Source of the DNA: Amphiscolops sp. MND2022
Lineage: Eukaryota
Direction: 5' to 3'
Length of the DNA stretch: 64,000 bases
Assembly: GCA_964187785.1 (NCBI GenBank)
Contig: OZ076409.1
Coordinates: forward strand, 47,122,001-47,186,000
Numbering within the stretch: the first letter of the stretch is position 1; every line of letters begins with the position of its first letter. The notes under the pieces were generated by a model, which saw only the letters and a program-made list of their open reading frames with translations, ran no database searches and was not told the origin of the DNA. The translations under genes and the position numbers were made by a program. Below are positions 14,133-27,819 of this stretch, piece by piece.

Positions 14133-15174
14133 TGGTGACAGGAGTTTTAAACGACTCCACCAATCAACCCAAGAGAGCGAAGGTCCGATCCCAAAGCCAA
14201 CCTCCATCAAATGAACGCCCAACAGCAGCGCGAACATTGTTCGCCCCAGACAAAAGTAGCACCACGACACTACCCATGCCAAAAGCTCTAACGGCGTCAC
14301 TCTCAACTTTTGACGGGAAATCCGAAAAATTTGAGCTTTTTGAAGACCTCTTTAGGAACAATATCAAGATGTATCCACACCTTACAGAACTATAGAAGAT
14401 AAACTACTTCCACTCCCTACTCAGGGGAGACGCCTTGCAAGCCTTTTGCAACATCGAAGACCCCAAGAAAGACTCACTAGACGAGATTATGACGATATTC
14501 AAACGACGATTTGGGGACTATCTGTCGATGGCAAAAGCTAGATGCGAATGGGACGCGCTAAAATTTGACCCCTCGACACAAAAACTCCACGAAGTTCTGG
14601 ATGTACTCCAGAAAACTGCAAAAGAAGCCTTTGGATCAGAGGCGCAGCAGTTCATAGACAAGGCTATATACGCCAAAATGCCAGACCACGTAAAAAAATA
14701 CTAAATCGCGCATACCTCGAAGACAAACCTTACAACGACATAGTACTCCACATAGAGTGAGAAATGCGTCTCAATGGACTAGGAGCACCAGACGAGGTAA
14801 CGTTAGTACCCCTGAACAAAATTGAACCCGCTCAAACAAAAACTGAACCCAAACCAGCGGAAACCACCGCTCAGATCACTAAAAAAGGGTACTGCTTTTA
14901 CTGTAATAAATTCGGACATTATAAAGCTGAATGCCGAAAAATGAGAAGGGACAAATGGATGCAAACCCGCAGAAACAACGGGCCGAGCAATCACAGTGCA
15001 GGCAAACCGCCCAAATGCGACACTTGCGGCAAACCACACAAAACAGAAGACTGTTGGAACGGAGCCAATGCCGCCAATGATCCACGACCCAAACGTCACA
15101 ACACACAAGAACGTAAAATGGACACCTCTGCCTCACAGCCAACGAACCACACAGAAGATGAATCAAAAAAATAA
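13736..15174 (+). pseudogene. gag: Gag with two zinc knuckles; starts inside the LTR; disrupted
   Basis: TFDGKSEKFELFE capsid-like start and knuckles CFYCNKFGHYKAEC and CDTCGKPHKTEDC. Lesions: stop at 14393, frameshift near 14700, stop at 14758. Confidence 0.9.
14133..14145 (+). promoter_or_regulatory. Primer-binding site, tRNA-Leu-like
   Basis: TGGTGACAGGAGT directly follows the LTR; one mismatch to the complement of a typical animal tRNA-Leu 3' end (TGGTGTCAGGAGT). Confidence 0.75.
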
Positions 15175-18100
15175 TTACGCCGCGCCTGCGCTTTGGGGAA
15201 ACAGTAGACGCGAGGGCATATTCTCCACAAGAACCCCCAACAACGTATACCAACGACACGACTGTAGAGTGCTCAGGCACCCCATCAGAAGCCTGGCTGA
15301 GACAACAAGCAATCGCATCTATGAAACGACACCCGCCACAAGAGAATCAAAAAGCAACACTTCCAAACGATCAGGATTACAGAAACGATTACCGACATCA
15401 CAAAAAACTACCCCCCCAACCAATCATCACCACCAAAGAACCCGCTGCTCAGACCCAAAGAAACCCAGTTGAAAACGTCCACGACGTCCACACCTCGTCA
15501 AAAATGTCTGAGGAAAATACTCACGACTCCACCAGGTCACCTATCTTCCACGAAAACTTCCCCACCTTCCTCAACTCAATTAAAGAATATGTAACTGAAA
15601 AAGATGGTAACACTTATATACCACTCCACTCAACAATAGTCCTCAAGAACAGAAGACGAATGCTTTACTTGCCACTGGAATTTGGCGAATTAACAATGGA
15701 CGGCCTTGTCGACTCAGGAGCGTTCATCAATGCCATGTCATGGTCCGATTACAACGCCATCAAAATGGACAGAGATAATTGTGTCATAAAGGAGTATCCA
15801 CAACCCCCTTTCAAGATCGAATGTGCGAACGCACAACTAGAGCAACCAATTGCCACTGCAGACATTCAATTCAATATCGGAACATACACGTTCACCGACA
15901 CCTTTGACATACTATCAAAGACGTCATTCCCCATAATCGGACTGAACTTCATGAGAAACCACCAAGCAGTGATAGATACAGCCAATGGAACCATCACCTT
16001 CCCCCATCTCGAATTGACATTAGCCATGACAGATGAAAAGAAAAATTGTAACCCCAAACCGCTCCAAATCATGGCTGAAGGGCACCAGACGTTGCCACCA
16101 CAACAAACAACAACCGTTAATGCAATAGTCATAACCACCAATGCAATCGACATCACAGGGGCAGTACAACCGCTACCACAGTTTGATGAAACAGCCACCA
16201 TCATCGTTGCACCAGCTCTAGCCACAGCTCACAACAAAGGAATCAACCTCCGAATAGCCAACTTGACAGATTTCCCGCACACCATAAAAAACCACAACAA
16301 ATTCGCTGAATTACAAATCCTGAGGCCAGAGGACACCAAACAAATACGACCTGTAGACGTCGCAACGCTGACCACCTTACAAGATCCAGATGACACGCAC
16401 ATGTATGTAAATGAGCTCATGAAATCCACAAACGATGAACAAAATGACGAAAACCTCTGGTTCCCAACACCCGAAAACCCGGGAAATGAAGTTGAACACA
16501 CGCCAATACAAAGGCGAATATTAAAAGAAATCAGAGAACTCATAAAGAAAGAACAACTTGATCCCACCAAAGATCCAGAATCAAGGAAATAGTTCCTTGA
16601 CATGTTCAAATGGGAAGGATCACAGATTGAGGGAAACGACAAGAAACAGCTGGAGCAAACGATAGTTGAATACAACGACATCTTTGAGCGTCACAGACTC
16701 GACATTGGTATCAATAATAGCTTCAAAGTGAAACTGACGCCAAAAGACGAACGACCCATATACACACAGAGCCTGCCAGTGCCAATCAACCTCACGGAAG
16801 ACCTAACAGTCGAACTGGCACTAATGCATAGGTATGGTATAATTACGACATTACCATTTTCAAAATATGCCAGCCCGATTTTCGCACAACGCCAACCAAA
16901 CGGTAAACTACGTTTACTGGTCGACCATCGAAAAATCAACGCACTGATATCGGAGGATTACATCAACAACAACCACCCAGTCAGCACCCTGTCAGACGCA
17001 GCTCAACACCTAGCTGGGAAAAGGTTATTCTGTAAATTAGATTGCTCTCAAGCATATCACTGTCTGCAAATGGCTGACCAGAGATCAATCGAAATGCTGG
17101 CATTCAACTTCGCAAGCAGAACGTTTGCATATAAACGCCTGGCACAAGGACTGAGCAGAGCATTGTCAGCATTCTCTAGTTTCATGAGAGAATATTTGGA
17201 CAAAGTAATTAAGGCTGACCAATGCGCGCAGTATGTGGACGACATTGGAATAGCCGCTAACTCCGTGACGCAACTGATACGAAACATCCGAGCAGTCTTC
17301 GAGTGCATTAGACAAGCAGGACTCAAACTATCCATCGACAAATGCCATTTTGGAGTAACCGAGGTCGAATTCCTTGGAAGAACGATCACCCCACAAGGAA
17401 TCGCCCCCAAGACCACAAAATCCAGAAATTCTTAGCAAATGTACGATTCCCGAAATCAAAGAAACAAGTACAGAGATACATAGGCTTTGTCAACTACTAC
17501 CGCAACTATATCCCGCGGTTGTCAGAAAAGCTACTCGGTTTCTACGAACTACTGAAAGCTGACAAACAAATCAAAGTCACAGAAGAACTGCTAGACCACT
17601 ACAAAGCGATCAACGCAGCACTAGCGGTAGCATGTGGACTAGCCCTCAAACAACCAATCACAGGACGACAATACGTCCTAATGACGGATGCTAGTTTTCG
17701 CGCCTCAGGTTATGCGCTAATGATCGAAGAAGAAAACGACAAAAAACTCAACTCCAAAAAGAAAAATTTTGCGCCTGTTGCATTTGGATCAAAAGTATTT
17801 TCACCTGCGCAACTGAAGATGTCAATTTATTGCAAAGAATTTCTGGCAATCTACCACGCATTTTTAGAATACATCCACATATTGTGGGAAACAACCCTAC
17901 CAACCCTCGTAATGACTGACAATAGATCAGTAACGAGGTTTTTTCAAACAAAAGCAATTCCCCCCTACCTATGGAACGCATGCGACTACGTACTACAGTT
18001 CAATTTTCACATCATGCACGTAGCAGGAACGCAAAACACCGCTGCCGACTTCTTATCGAGAATTGACCTTAACCCCAAGGAAAAAAATGAACTAAAAATC

Positions 18101-19909
18101 CGAAACGATATTACGATCCAACCAATACAGGTAAACCTTCAATCGACAGACGTCGCAGATGAAGAACAACTCTTTTTTCTCCCAGAGGAAACGATTGAAA
18201 CAGAAGAGGAAATTCTTCTACAAAAGGAACAAGCAAGACAAAATGCACGAGATGAGGAGACGACGAAAATAAAGCTGTCAATAAAAGAAACAACTCCAAT
18301 CCCAATAAACAAGGCATCATACACCTTTGGGGCAATCAAGGAAGACGGACGCATTAGAGTTGAACAAGACGCAGATTTAGTTTTCAAAGCAATCAAGAGA
18401 AAACTGATCTGCAAAGAACACGACAAACACCTACTACAAACAGATCCGAGAGCCAAACGCCTCCTAGTCCACGAAAACAGACTCATAGTCAAAGATGGGG
18501 TACTAATGCGCAAATACTACGGAGAATGCGGTCAAGTCACACACAACCAAATACTAATCCCTGAGCATTTGATTACAGAACTCCCGAAAGCAATCCATGG
18601 ACAAATGGGAAAACACCCAGGGATCACAAAAATGATCCAAGAATGTCGATCAAAGTATTACTACCCTGGCTTAGCAAAAACAATCAGACAGTGGGTAATG
18701 CAATGTGAAGACTGCATCAAATACAAACGAATCAGCAACAGCCAAATCAGACCAAAGATGATCAAAAACACAGAACATGTCCTGGGCCCGGAAGACATTC
18801 TCGAGATTGACATATTGCCGAATCTACCCAACTCTGCAGGATACCAAAACATCGTTACGATGATTGATGTATTTTCACGCTACCTATTCTCATACCCAAC
18901 ACAGAACGTCACAGCAAAGACAATTGGACGATGCATTGTCGACGTCATGACCAGACATGCATATCTGCCAACTTTAATTTTGTCAGATAAAGGCTCTCAA
19001 TTCAGATCAGAAGTCGTCGCAGAAATAATGCAAATACTCGAAATCCAAATTAGCCATGCGTCCACGAAACATGCACAAACGATTGGCATCCTAGAAAAGA
19101 CACACGCCTCAATCAAAACTGCATTAAAAATATCGACGGGTGAAAGACGTTCAATGTGGCACAAATACGTTCAGATCGCAGTCATGAACTATAATACAAC
19201 GTATCATGAAACCCTAGGCTGCGAACCATCTACAGTATTCCACGGACGTATACCCTACAACGTCCTGGATTTAAAACTAGGCATCAAGCCAAAGTGGAAA
19301 ACTACGCTAAATTCAGATATAGCAGAGCAGCTACAACAACAAATCGATGAAGTGCGAGCGACAGCGAAAGACAACATCATGCTGTCTTACCTCAAATACA
19401 AAAAATATCATGACCGTAAAGCGTCGGCAGCTCCGCTCAAACTAAATGATTATTGCTACATCCTCAATCCGAAAGCCGACAATCAATCGACAAAGTTTGC
19501 ATTTCAAGATTGTATCTAGACGGGACCGTACATAGTAATCAACAAAGTGCTCTCAAATAAAAATTACACGATACGAAAAATTGGCACACGATATACACAA
19601 ACATTACACAGAATTCGCATACGACCTTACGTGCCAGAGCAACGCGTGCCTGACGTCACAGTACGAGCAAACGAATATCTTCCCGATCCAGACGTCAAAG
19701 TGTCACACAACGAGTGGTACGCGATATCGTGGGAAATGGATTTCGGAAAACAGATTGATGAACACGAAACATCAAAAAGTACAGAAAACAACCAACACGC
19801 AAAGATACAAGAAGTGACAAATACGAATGACGAAGCCACGACGTCTCAAATGCCAAGAAACCAAACCGATGACATAAATGACGAGGCGCCGCCGTCTCCG
19901 GATTTTTGA
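15162..19909 (+). pseudogene. pol: Pol polyprotein: aspartic protease, reverse transcriptase, RNase H, integrase; disrupted
   Basis: LVDSGA (protease); LAQGL and YVDD at 17232 (RT); TDAS..KEFLAI..TDN..ADFLSR (RNase H); H..H..CEDC plus IDIL/SDKGSQF/E (integrase). Stops at 16590 and 19517; frameshifts near 17405 and 19540. Confidence 0.95.
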
Positions 19910-20344
19910 AATCTTACTACAGACATGGGGGATAACCCATACATACGCCGCCCCCCACCCTTGAAAGTCCACCTATTTCCCCAAGATCACCGCCTACAGT
20001 TGTCGGATATAACCCGAGAAAAACAGCAAAGTACAATTTGGGACCTAATCCTAAACCTAATGCTAATTCTGACTTCAGACGAGTCGACGCTATAACTACG
20101 ACTCTCTAAGAAGGAAAAGATAATATCTGGAGTCCAAATCGAACCGATTTGACGATTTTCAATTATAGACATACTACAGCCTGGATAATTTTCTCTCTTT
20201 CCTTTTTTCAACCTGAATGACTCCAGCCGAACTCTATACGTCCGGTTTTCTTCTAATAAAATATACAGTCCAATATACAATTACAGAAACAAATAAATAA
20301 TATAAACTACGCTACGAAAGTTTGGAAATCCAAGACGACAAAGC

Positions 20345-23300
20345 TCACTTCTTCTTCGAACGGGACACATCATCTTTAACAGCTGATTGTCTAGACTTTT
20401 TCTCATCCTTCTTTGACGACGACTCACCAACCTCTTCAGCATCTTTCTTTCGACCAAGTAAAGAAGCTATGCTCCGATGTACTTGCACCTTACTCAAACC
20501 AAACGGACTACAAGTACTAGTGGCAGAATCAGCTGGGGCAGAAACGGTGGAAGCAGTCAGTCTCTCACACTGAGAAGAAGACTCTTCGCCATCAACAGCC
20601 GCAGCATCACGACTAGATGTTCCCACACCAAGGGACTGCCCAATGACACCACCTCTCTTGCGACTGACCTGTTTATTGAACAGATCTCTATAACGGTCAA
20701 CAAAAGCAGATTGATTCTCACCACATATACCTTCCCACGGATTGAAATCAGCAGCAGTCATGAAGGAACTAGCAGCAGCGATTGATTTTCGAACCTCGCC
20801 CATAGTGAACTTTGTAAAAAATGATCCCAGCTTAAACCCGGGAGACATAACGCAGCTCTGCACTCCTCGAATACACGTTGCAACCACACGTTCAGGCACT
20901 CTACAATCACTGAGGGCCAATGTCAACTGCAGGGAAGTCAACCCGTGGCTTCAGGACGACAAGGCAGCACAACTTGAACACCCGACATAACGACCTGCGA
21001 GCTAAGAATCCGTAATCGTCCAGCAAATACTGACGAACGTCGTCGATAGCCTCGGCACAGCTGTTGGAACCAGCGTGTCGTGCCCGAGCATCCACAACAA
21101 ACGAAGCGTACTCTTCCACAGCAGACTTTGATTCCAACGACGACACAACACCACACCGCTCCAATACTCGGATAAGCTTACGAAACAAGTCCGTCATGTG
21201 ATGGTCGTCTCCCTCCAACAAAAGCTCAGGGCAAAATGCATAAACACCTTGAGAGAAATCTCCTGTCACAGGCTGCTGTCCCAGTATGACACAAACAAAG
21301 CGATCGACGAATCTGAGGCACTGATCCCGAAGCGCACGGCCCTCACCACTCTTGTGACGTCGCAGAACAGCACCAAAGTCATGGCTTCTGAAGAAATCGG
21401 CGGAATCAATACACTCAAAATCATCAAGCTTCTGCGGGTCCATGTACTCTTCCCACGAATTCAAACTTGGAAGAGAACCAATCTTGTGACTACGCGATAA
21501 CAGGCAGTGCACGAACTGACAAATTTCCATATAGGCATGAAAGGCGTAGTCAGCTCGACACGACAACTGTTTCTTAAAGGTGCAATGATCTAAAACACAA
21601 TACCTAAATCATACCTGACACAATACTGACGGATTCCCTTAACACTACCACCCAATAAACAACATACAACTACACTCTGCCGGTAAAGTCCAAATATCAA
21701 GAAACTGTACTCACAAAGATCGAGGACGTGCAGGAGAAGTCCAAGACGCAACTCACTCGTAGACTCCGAATAGATATGCCAGTCAGTGCCACGCATCTGC
21801 AAATAAGAATGCAACTCATAATATATCAACTTAGCAACACAAACGATGACAACACAAAAGAGAGAGAGAGAGAAGAAAAACAACAAAACAACAAAAGAAA
21901 ATCAAACAAACATGAATTACCCTGCCAGCTCCGGTTTTGAAATGACGAGGGACAGTATGTTTGACGAAATCCTGCACAGATGTCCAAACGGCAATCAAAT
22001 CAGCGACGACATCACGCAAGTCTGCAAACGCAACACGTCCAGCGACAATGCATCAGCGAAGACAAGGTACACCTTCGCACCACGGCTCTTGCACAGCCCC
22101 ACGTAATCGGAGCATGAGGAAGTCAATCATGGCAGTAGTCTCCAAACCACCAAACACTTCCTGATGGGCCAGCTGATAACAGTGCAAGAACACGTCCACA
22201 CTGAACTCACGGTACACGACGAACTCACGTACGTCCACTCGATTGTCACTCAGCACACGCAACAGCGTCGGACTACACCCCTGACAGCACAAAGGCATCT
22301 GACAAGAGGAAGTACCGTCAATGACACGCGACAATCCGGCCAACTCAGCCTCAGGAACACGCTGCCCCACTGATTCGACTCGCACACAGACACTCATTAA
22401 CGTATGATCATCCCAGGTTTGGACGATGCAATTATGATCTTCACCACTCTCGATGAAGAACATGCTGTATTCCCGAAAAGCAGCGATCCGGGACATCAGG
22501 GAACGTAACACACGCGGAAACAGAGCTTGGCAAATCAACGACTAAATTACAACACCCGACGTTCACTACCCGCACAACACCAATACCCAAAGACGACAAT
22601 AAAACTTACAAACTTCCCATTCATAACCTGAATGTTCAACACACTAAAAGACAAAGAAATGCAGTACTCACGAGAGACTCAGGACGACTCCAATATAGGT
22701 TGTATAAGGGACTGCCAGGACCAAGTGTCGCTCGAAAGCACCCGAAAGCACTTCCTCCAAATCGCAACAACTCAATGAGGCAGTTAATCATCGACATCAA
22801 GGGCACACTTGAGTTTATTTGGGCACAGGCAGGAAGCAGGTCTTCAAGAAAACTGAAAACCTCGTTTTTCCCTTTGCTGGGTCGACTACGATATTCCTCC
22901 AATTGTATCTCACTCAAAGTCATCGGGTCCATCAGGCGATTATACACTGGCAAACCGTTCTGAACTCGATACGTAACATCAAGCAGCCAATGTCGTTTCC
23001 CGAAGAAATGCCTGCTGAACTCGGCTGCACCCCGCGATTCCCTTGAAACGTCTCGTTGACATATCATGCAATGGAACAGCTTGTCGGAACCAGTACTGGA
23101 ACCACTGACGAAGAGCTCGTATATAGGAATCCCAGTAACCATATCCCGACGAAGACGATTGCGAGGGCTATAAACGCGCTTGCGACCCCGCTCAGCTCCC
23201 TCGAGAGTCGACTCCATACGACTGAGCAGCTCTTCAAAACCTACAACAAATTCACCAACATAACATGCCTATCCCTAACTATTTTAAAGAATGACAAGGC

Positions 23301-24349
23301 AAAAAGGAGAACAACCGAAAAACAAGCAACTGATTCTCAAAACGAAAAGAAAGACCTATCAATCTCATATGCAAATCCCAAGACAAACACCAAACACAAT
23401 GGATTTCACTTACGGGCAACAAAGGGGTCCACTGACACGTTTTCAACATCCATCGATGGACGCTGAATGCTCACTCGTTGCGATGAGCCAGGCTCTGCAT
23501 CCTCCTCCCCACTGTCAGCGAAGGAGAAACGAACGACTGGAGTGGCAACACCAGGTACCAGCGACACACATTGCCCTGACGTCGACTGAACTCCGGAACC
23601 ACCCTTGTCAGGAACCACCAACCGCACTAAAACGGCAAATAAAACTCTAACACCCAACAGAGAAAAAAAACCCCAACCACAAAAGACCCATACAGACAAG
23701 AGATACATTATCGAATCAACTCACCATGCTTAGACCCCGTGAGGCGATCATCATCATCGTCCGTTGTCTGCACTTTGTGCAAGAAGGATGAAAACCGAGG
23801 CGAAACAGTTTTCTGACTCTCGACAACATTCTTTTGGGTAGGGGGAGACCCCTCACCTCCGCGAGTGGCAACTGTCCCAGAAGGATTAACACTTCTAGCA
23901 ACAGCAGCCAGAGGAACATCTGAATCAGAACAAGTTGGAGATGGATTGGGAGCAATTGCGGCGCCAACAGTGACAGAAGAATCGCCAACGCGATGAGTAG
24001 ACTCAGCAATGGGTTCAATTGAAATTCCAGAAAGATCAGCGGGAAGGGAGGTTTCGAGATGGGAGACAGAAGCCCTAGCCAAAGGAGAAGAGAACGTTGG
24101 ATCTAACAACAAATAAACATCCCATAACGACGCGTCAGAAAATCTAAGCTGTGAAAATATAAAACAGAAAAAGCCTATCTGTAGAGAATATTATTCACAA
24201 AAGCTTAATGGATGGAGGGATGAAAACTCACCAGCAGCAGGCTGCAAAGCAGGGGCATCGGCTTCACTATCTCGAACGTCTCCTTCCGAGAAGAGGAATT
24301 GGGTATCGTGACCGCTCTGGAAGCCAGAAACACGGCGCGAGGAAGACAT
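20345..24349 (-). CDS. Spliced antisense cargo gene (7 exons): zinc finger plus degenerate hAT-transposase-like body; one stop and one frameshift
   Basis: Phase-compatible GT-AG exons: 24349-~24232, ~24102-23725, 23626-23414, 23240-22672, 22541-21921, ~21796-21715, ~21589-20345. Contains CMIC..RHFFGKRH. Confidence 0.7.
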
Positions 24350-24398
24350 CGTTCAACAGCAATCTGGAAAAGAGCAATGATGAAAACAACAACCAAAC

Positions 24399-24655
24399 TG
24401 ACGTCACCATAACGGTGACAAAAATGAAAGTTGGCTAATTACCAACGAAATTGACGTCGGCATAACGTCGACAAAAAAGATTATCAGGGTTAAGAAAATA
24501 ATCCTATATCCTAAAATGACGTCATCAAAACGGTGACAAAATCAAAAAGTTAGCTAAGCTAACAAAATGACGTCAGCATAACGTTGACAAGTTTGGCTAA
24601 GTAAATTATTTCAACTTACAGCCAATAAAAACGCAATGTCGACATAACGTCAACA
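24399..24655. promoter_or_regulatory. Cluster of five palindromic TGACGTCA/GTCANC-ATAAC-GNTGAC sites in a divergent promoter region
   Basis: Copies near 24399, 24452, 24517, 24567 and 24637, between the antisense ATG (24349) and the sense ORF (24753). Confidence 0.5.
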
Positions 24656-24752
24656 TCTGAAGATTAAAAAGATTGAAATGATTGAACAGCCAATCAGAAT
24701 GGAGGGAATTTTCCAATATTCTCCTTAATCCAAATTAAAGCTGAAATTCAAT

Positions 24753-25545
24753 GTGGAACAATTAAAATACGATCAACAGTCGAAGAAGAAAAGCCAAATA
24801 AAGAAGATGATCAATTTAATGGACATATATGAACTAATTGACATTTCATCGTCGAGTGAAGAAGAAGGAGAAATCACAAGATCCTCTACCCCACTGCCAG
24901 AAAATAACGAGAAATACCCAAAAATAATAGTGGAGATATTAAACTAGTCAGCGGAAGCCACAGCAGATGAAGAAGAATTTCTAGACCTCTCCTTAAATTC
25001 GCTGGAAACCGAGTGTAAGAGGATGAATCTCAGTGAATCTTACACGAGTTTTGAAACAGTTGAATCGGGGCAATACCCTCAGTCAGAAAGCGAAGAAGAA
25101 ATTGCGGACTCGCCAGAAAGCCCTGATCCCTTGCTGAACTCAGACGTGTTTGTAGTAGAGAAACCTTGCGAAGAAGAAATGTCCTCCATGACTAGCAGTA
25201 AAGTCGCTGAATTCATAAGACAGGCAACGGAGGATGATGCATGCTCCTATTTTGAATCCCCCCGCGGACCTCTGAGAGTTTGGGGAGAACAGAAGAAAGA
25301 ATCGCTAAACGATCTAGATGAAGAAAGAGGCCCGGCGATACTGCTCCCATCCAGGGACCAAGCAATTGACCCTAATGTCTACGAGCTACAATACCCCTCT
25401 ACCAGCTGAGGTTCCCTGGGAGGACGATAAGACCTATGACAGTGGCCCTGTCACAGTCCGCTCCCGGACTGGGTTGTGGGTGTTTAAGAATTGGCTTCGG
25501 GAGAGGCCACGGCTGCACCGCGAGGTTCAAAAAAACTTACTTTAA
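24753..25545 (+). pseudogene. Acidic accessory ORF running into the 3' LTR
   Basis: Frames 24753-24947 and 25023-25409 are in phase and separated by one TAG. A shifted frame then crosses the LTR boundary at 25449 and stops at 25545. Confidence 0.45.
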
Positions 25546-27819
25546 CTATTAAAACTAACAAATAAACTGTGACTAGGAAAACAAAAATACGTCTGATCAA
25601 CGGAAATTTCGAATGAAAATAGTTACAAAGAATGAGCGCGCTGAAATGATTCTTACATTTCCGGTTGAAACGCTTTTGTCACGTCAAAATAGCAACATTC
25701 GCCACCTGAAAACTAAATTAAAATACGTTCTAAAACAAAGAAATCATAGCCTAATCCAAACGAAAACGTAGTCAAAATCATCGCCCAAAAGAACATCAAT
25801 CAGATCTAAAATAGAAAATACACCGAGATGACACACCGAATGATTTAAGCCTTTTCTTAGAAAAGCAGCTTAATTACTCTCCGAACAGCAATTAAATTGG
25901 TTTAGGACGTCAATATCACGCTGAGTAAACAAGGCAGCGGAGAAAATAAGAATACATGTATATTTGTCGTCAGTAAGACGCAGACAAGTTTGAAGATATA
26001 CCAATTGACGTCACTGCCTCGCATAAGCGTACCAGAAAATCATTCCAATTATCCGCCTATACTAATAGCATTACCAAAAATCATTCCAATTTAGCGCCAC
26101 TGTGACGTCACTGCTCCGGCAGCTAGCGAGAGACTCATTTCTAAAATACTCGTCAGCATTGCGGCGAACTAGTCAAATCTCTATTCTGCCAAGAAAACTC
26201 GTCAACATGACGTTGACAAGTTTATAAAGCTCAAAATTCTGCCAAGAAAACTCGTCAACATGACGCTGCCAAGTTTATGACATTGAACAGAATGGATGAA
26301 TTTGCAAGATCAGTTAAGGTTTCATCACAATAAAGTCGTTATTATGTTAAAACGGAATGAATGCAAGCTACTTCAATTCAAAAAATAAGCATAGAGGAGG
26401 TATTCCTATAACTTAAGGTATTAACTTAAGGTAGATTTTGACACATATAGGTTGATTTAAATCTACGTTAATTAATCGTCTTGCACTTTTCAACAACAAG
26501 GGATTTCCCTTACTTAAGCCATTTTTCCTCTATGGGAGTTCATAGTAAATCAATCAGAAAGTCACAGTTTATGCTTTCAACTAAAGTATATTTTGTATTG
26601 AAAATGTATTTTCATATACTTCGTTTTTTGTACTCTATGATTTTGAACGCTATACTTATGATCGTAATCATATTTTCCATACTAATTCATCGTTGCTATC
26701 CATTAAATGCGTTGCATTGTCGTTGCTACTTAACAAACGTTGCTGTTAATTTTGTAAAACTTGTCGCACTGGTCGCGACATGATAAATTTGCTAATGGAG
26801 TAATATTTTAATACCATGATTTTTAATTCTAATTCCAACGAAAGAGTGAGTCCAAATTCATAAAATATCATCTTAGCATCGTTCAAATAATCACGCTTTG
26901 GGATTAGTCATAGCATTTGATCAAGTTGAATTTCAAAATCTGGTATTTGTTGTTCACGTCAGCGTCATCTTAGCGTCAATTTCCCGCGAACCAAAGCAGT
27001 AAAACAGGGAAGCATTTCCGGTTTGACAGACTGAAGTAATATCTACTTCCTGCTTGGGAGGAAGCAAAAGGACGCCGGGATGAAATGATATGATCATGTT
27101 TGATGGCTAACGCTAAATTAAAATTGCCGTGTCTTAAAAATTGACGAAATGTCGACGCAAATTTGGGAACTTCGTGATTTTTTCAACAATGAAACAGGAA
27201 ATGACTAATTGATCGGAGAAAATTAGGGATTATAGTCGTGATCAAATGATGCTGGGAGGGTATAAATATGATAGAATCTGATGATTAAGGGACTCAGTCT
27301 TTTGCAATTGTTGAAATTCAGTTGAATTCTCAATTTCCGCTAAACTCTTAATTTGCTTAACTTTGTTAGAAAATATCTCTGAAAGAAATCAATTCTTCAA
27401 GATAAAACATATCTACAACAAAATGTCAACAACAAGAAGCCAGAAAAGAAGGAATGACCAGCAAGGAAGTGATAGAAATGTAAGTGAAGGTTTTGTTTCA
27501 CCAATAGGAACGGAAAACCACTGTTCCCCAAACCAGGACGTAGAAGTAGCAGGCCCATCTAGGCCAAAATCGCCCCGAATTGAAAATAGCCTCTTAGAGA
27601 GCCTAAGAGCCTCTTTGAAAGAGGAGATAACTTCCGAGATTAAGAATCTCCTCATCGAATCTCAAAAGGAGCTGTTGGAACTCCTTAAACCTTAAACAAG
27701 GGAGAATATTAGAGAAAACTTCGATGAAGAAACGGAGAACGAAACTAGAAACTACTATACTCCGACAAATTCAGTTAGAATAAATTCTACGCAAAACGAC
27801 CCGAACATAAGTCGTAACA
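25449..27819 (+). repeat. 3' LTR (2371 bp)
   Basis: Direct repeat of 11762-14132, followed by the TSD TTTGG. Confidence 0.97.

Larger units (their letters stand above)
11762..27819 (+). mobile_element. Full-length Ty3/gypsy LTR retrotransposon, 16,058 bp, with coding lesions
   Basis: Two 2371-bp TG..CA LTRs, 5-bp TSD TTTGG (11757-11761 and 27820-27824), PBS, and gag-PR-RT-RH-IN order. Confidence 0.97.

Noticed and set aside
14803..19972. Many minus-strand ORFs over gag/pol, and plus-strand ORFs over 33692-37223
   Set aside because: Shadow frames of real genes or of the 57-bp repeat.
19910..25448. env gene after pol
   Set aside because: No long sense-strand ORF with a signal peptide or transmembrane anchor; the region codes on the antisense strand.
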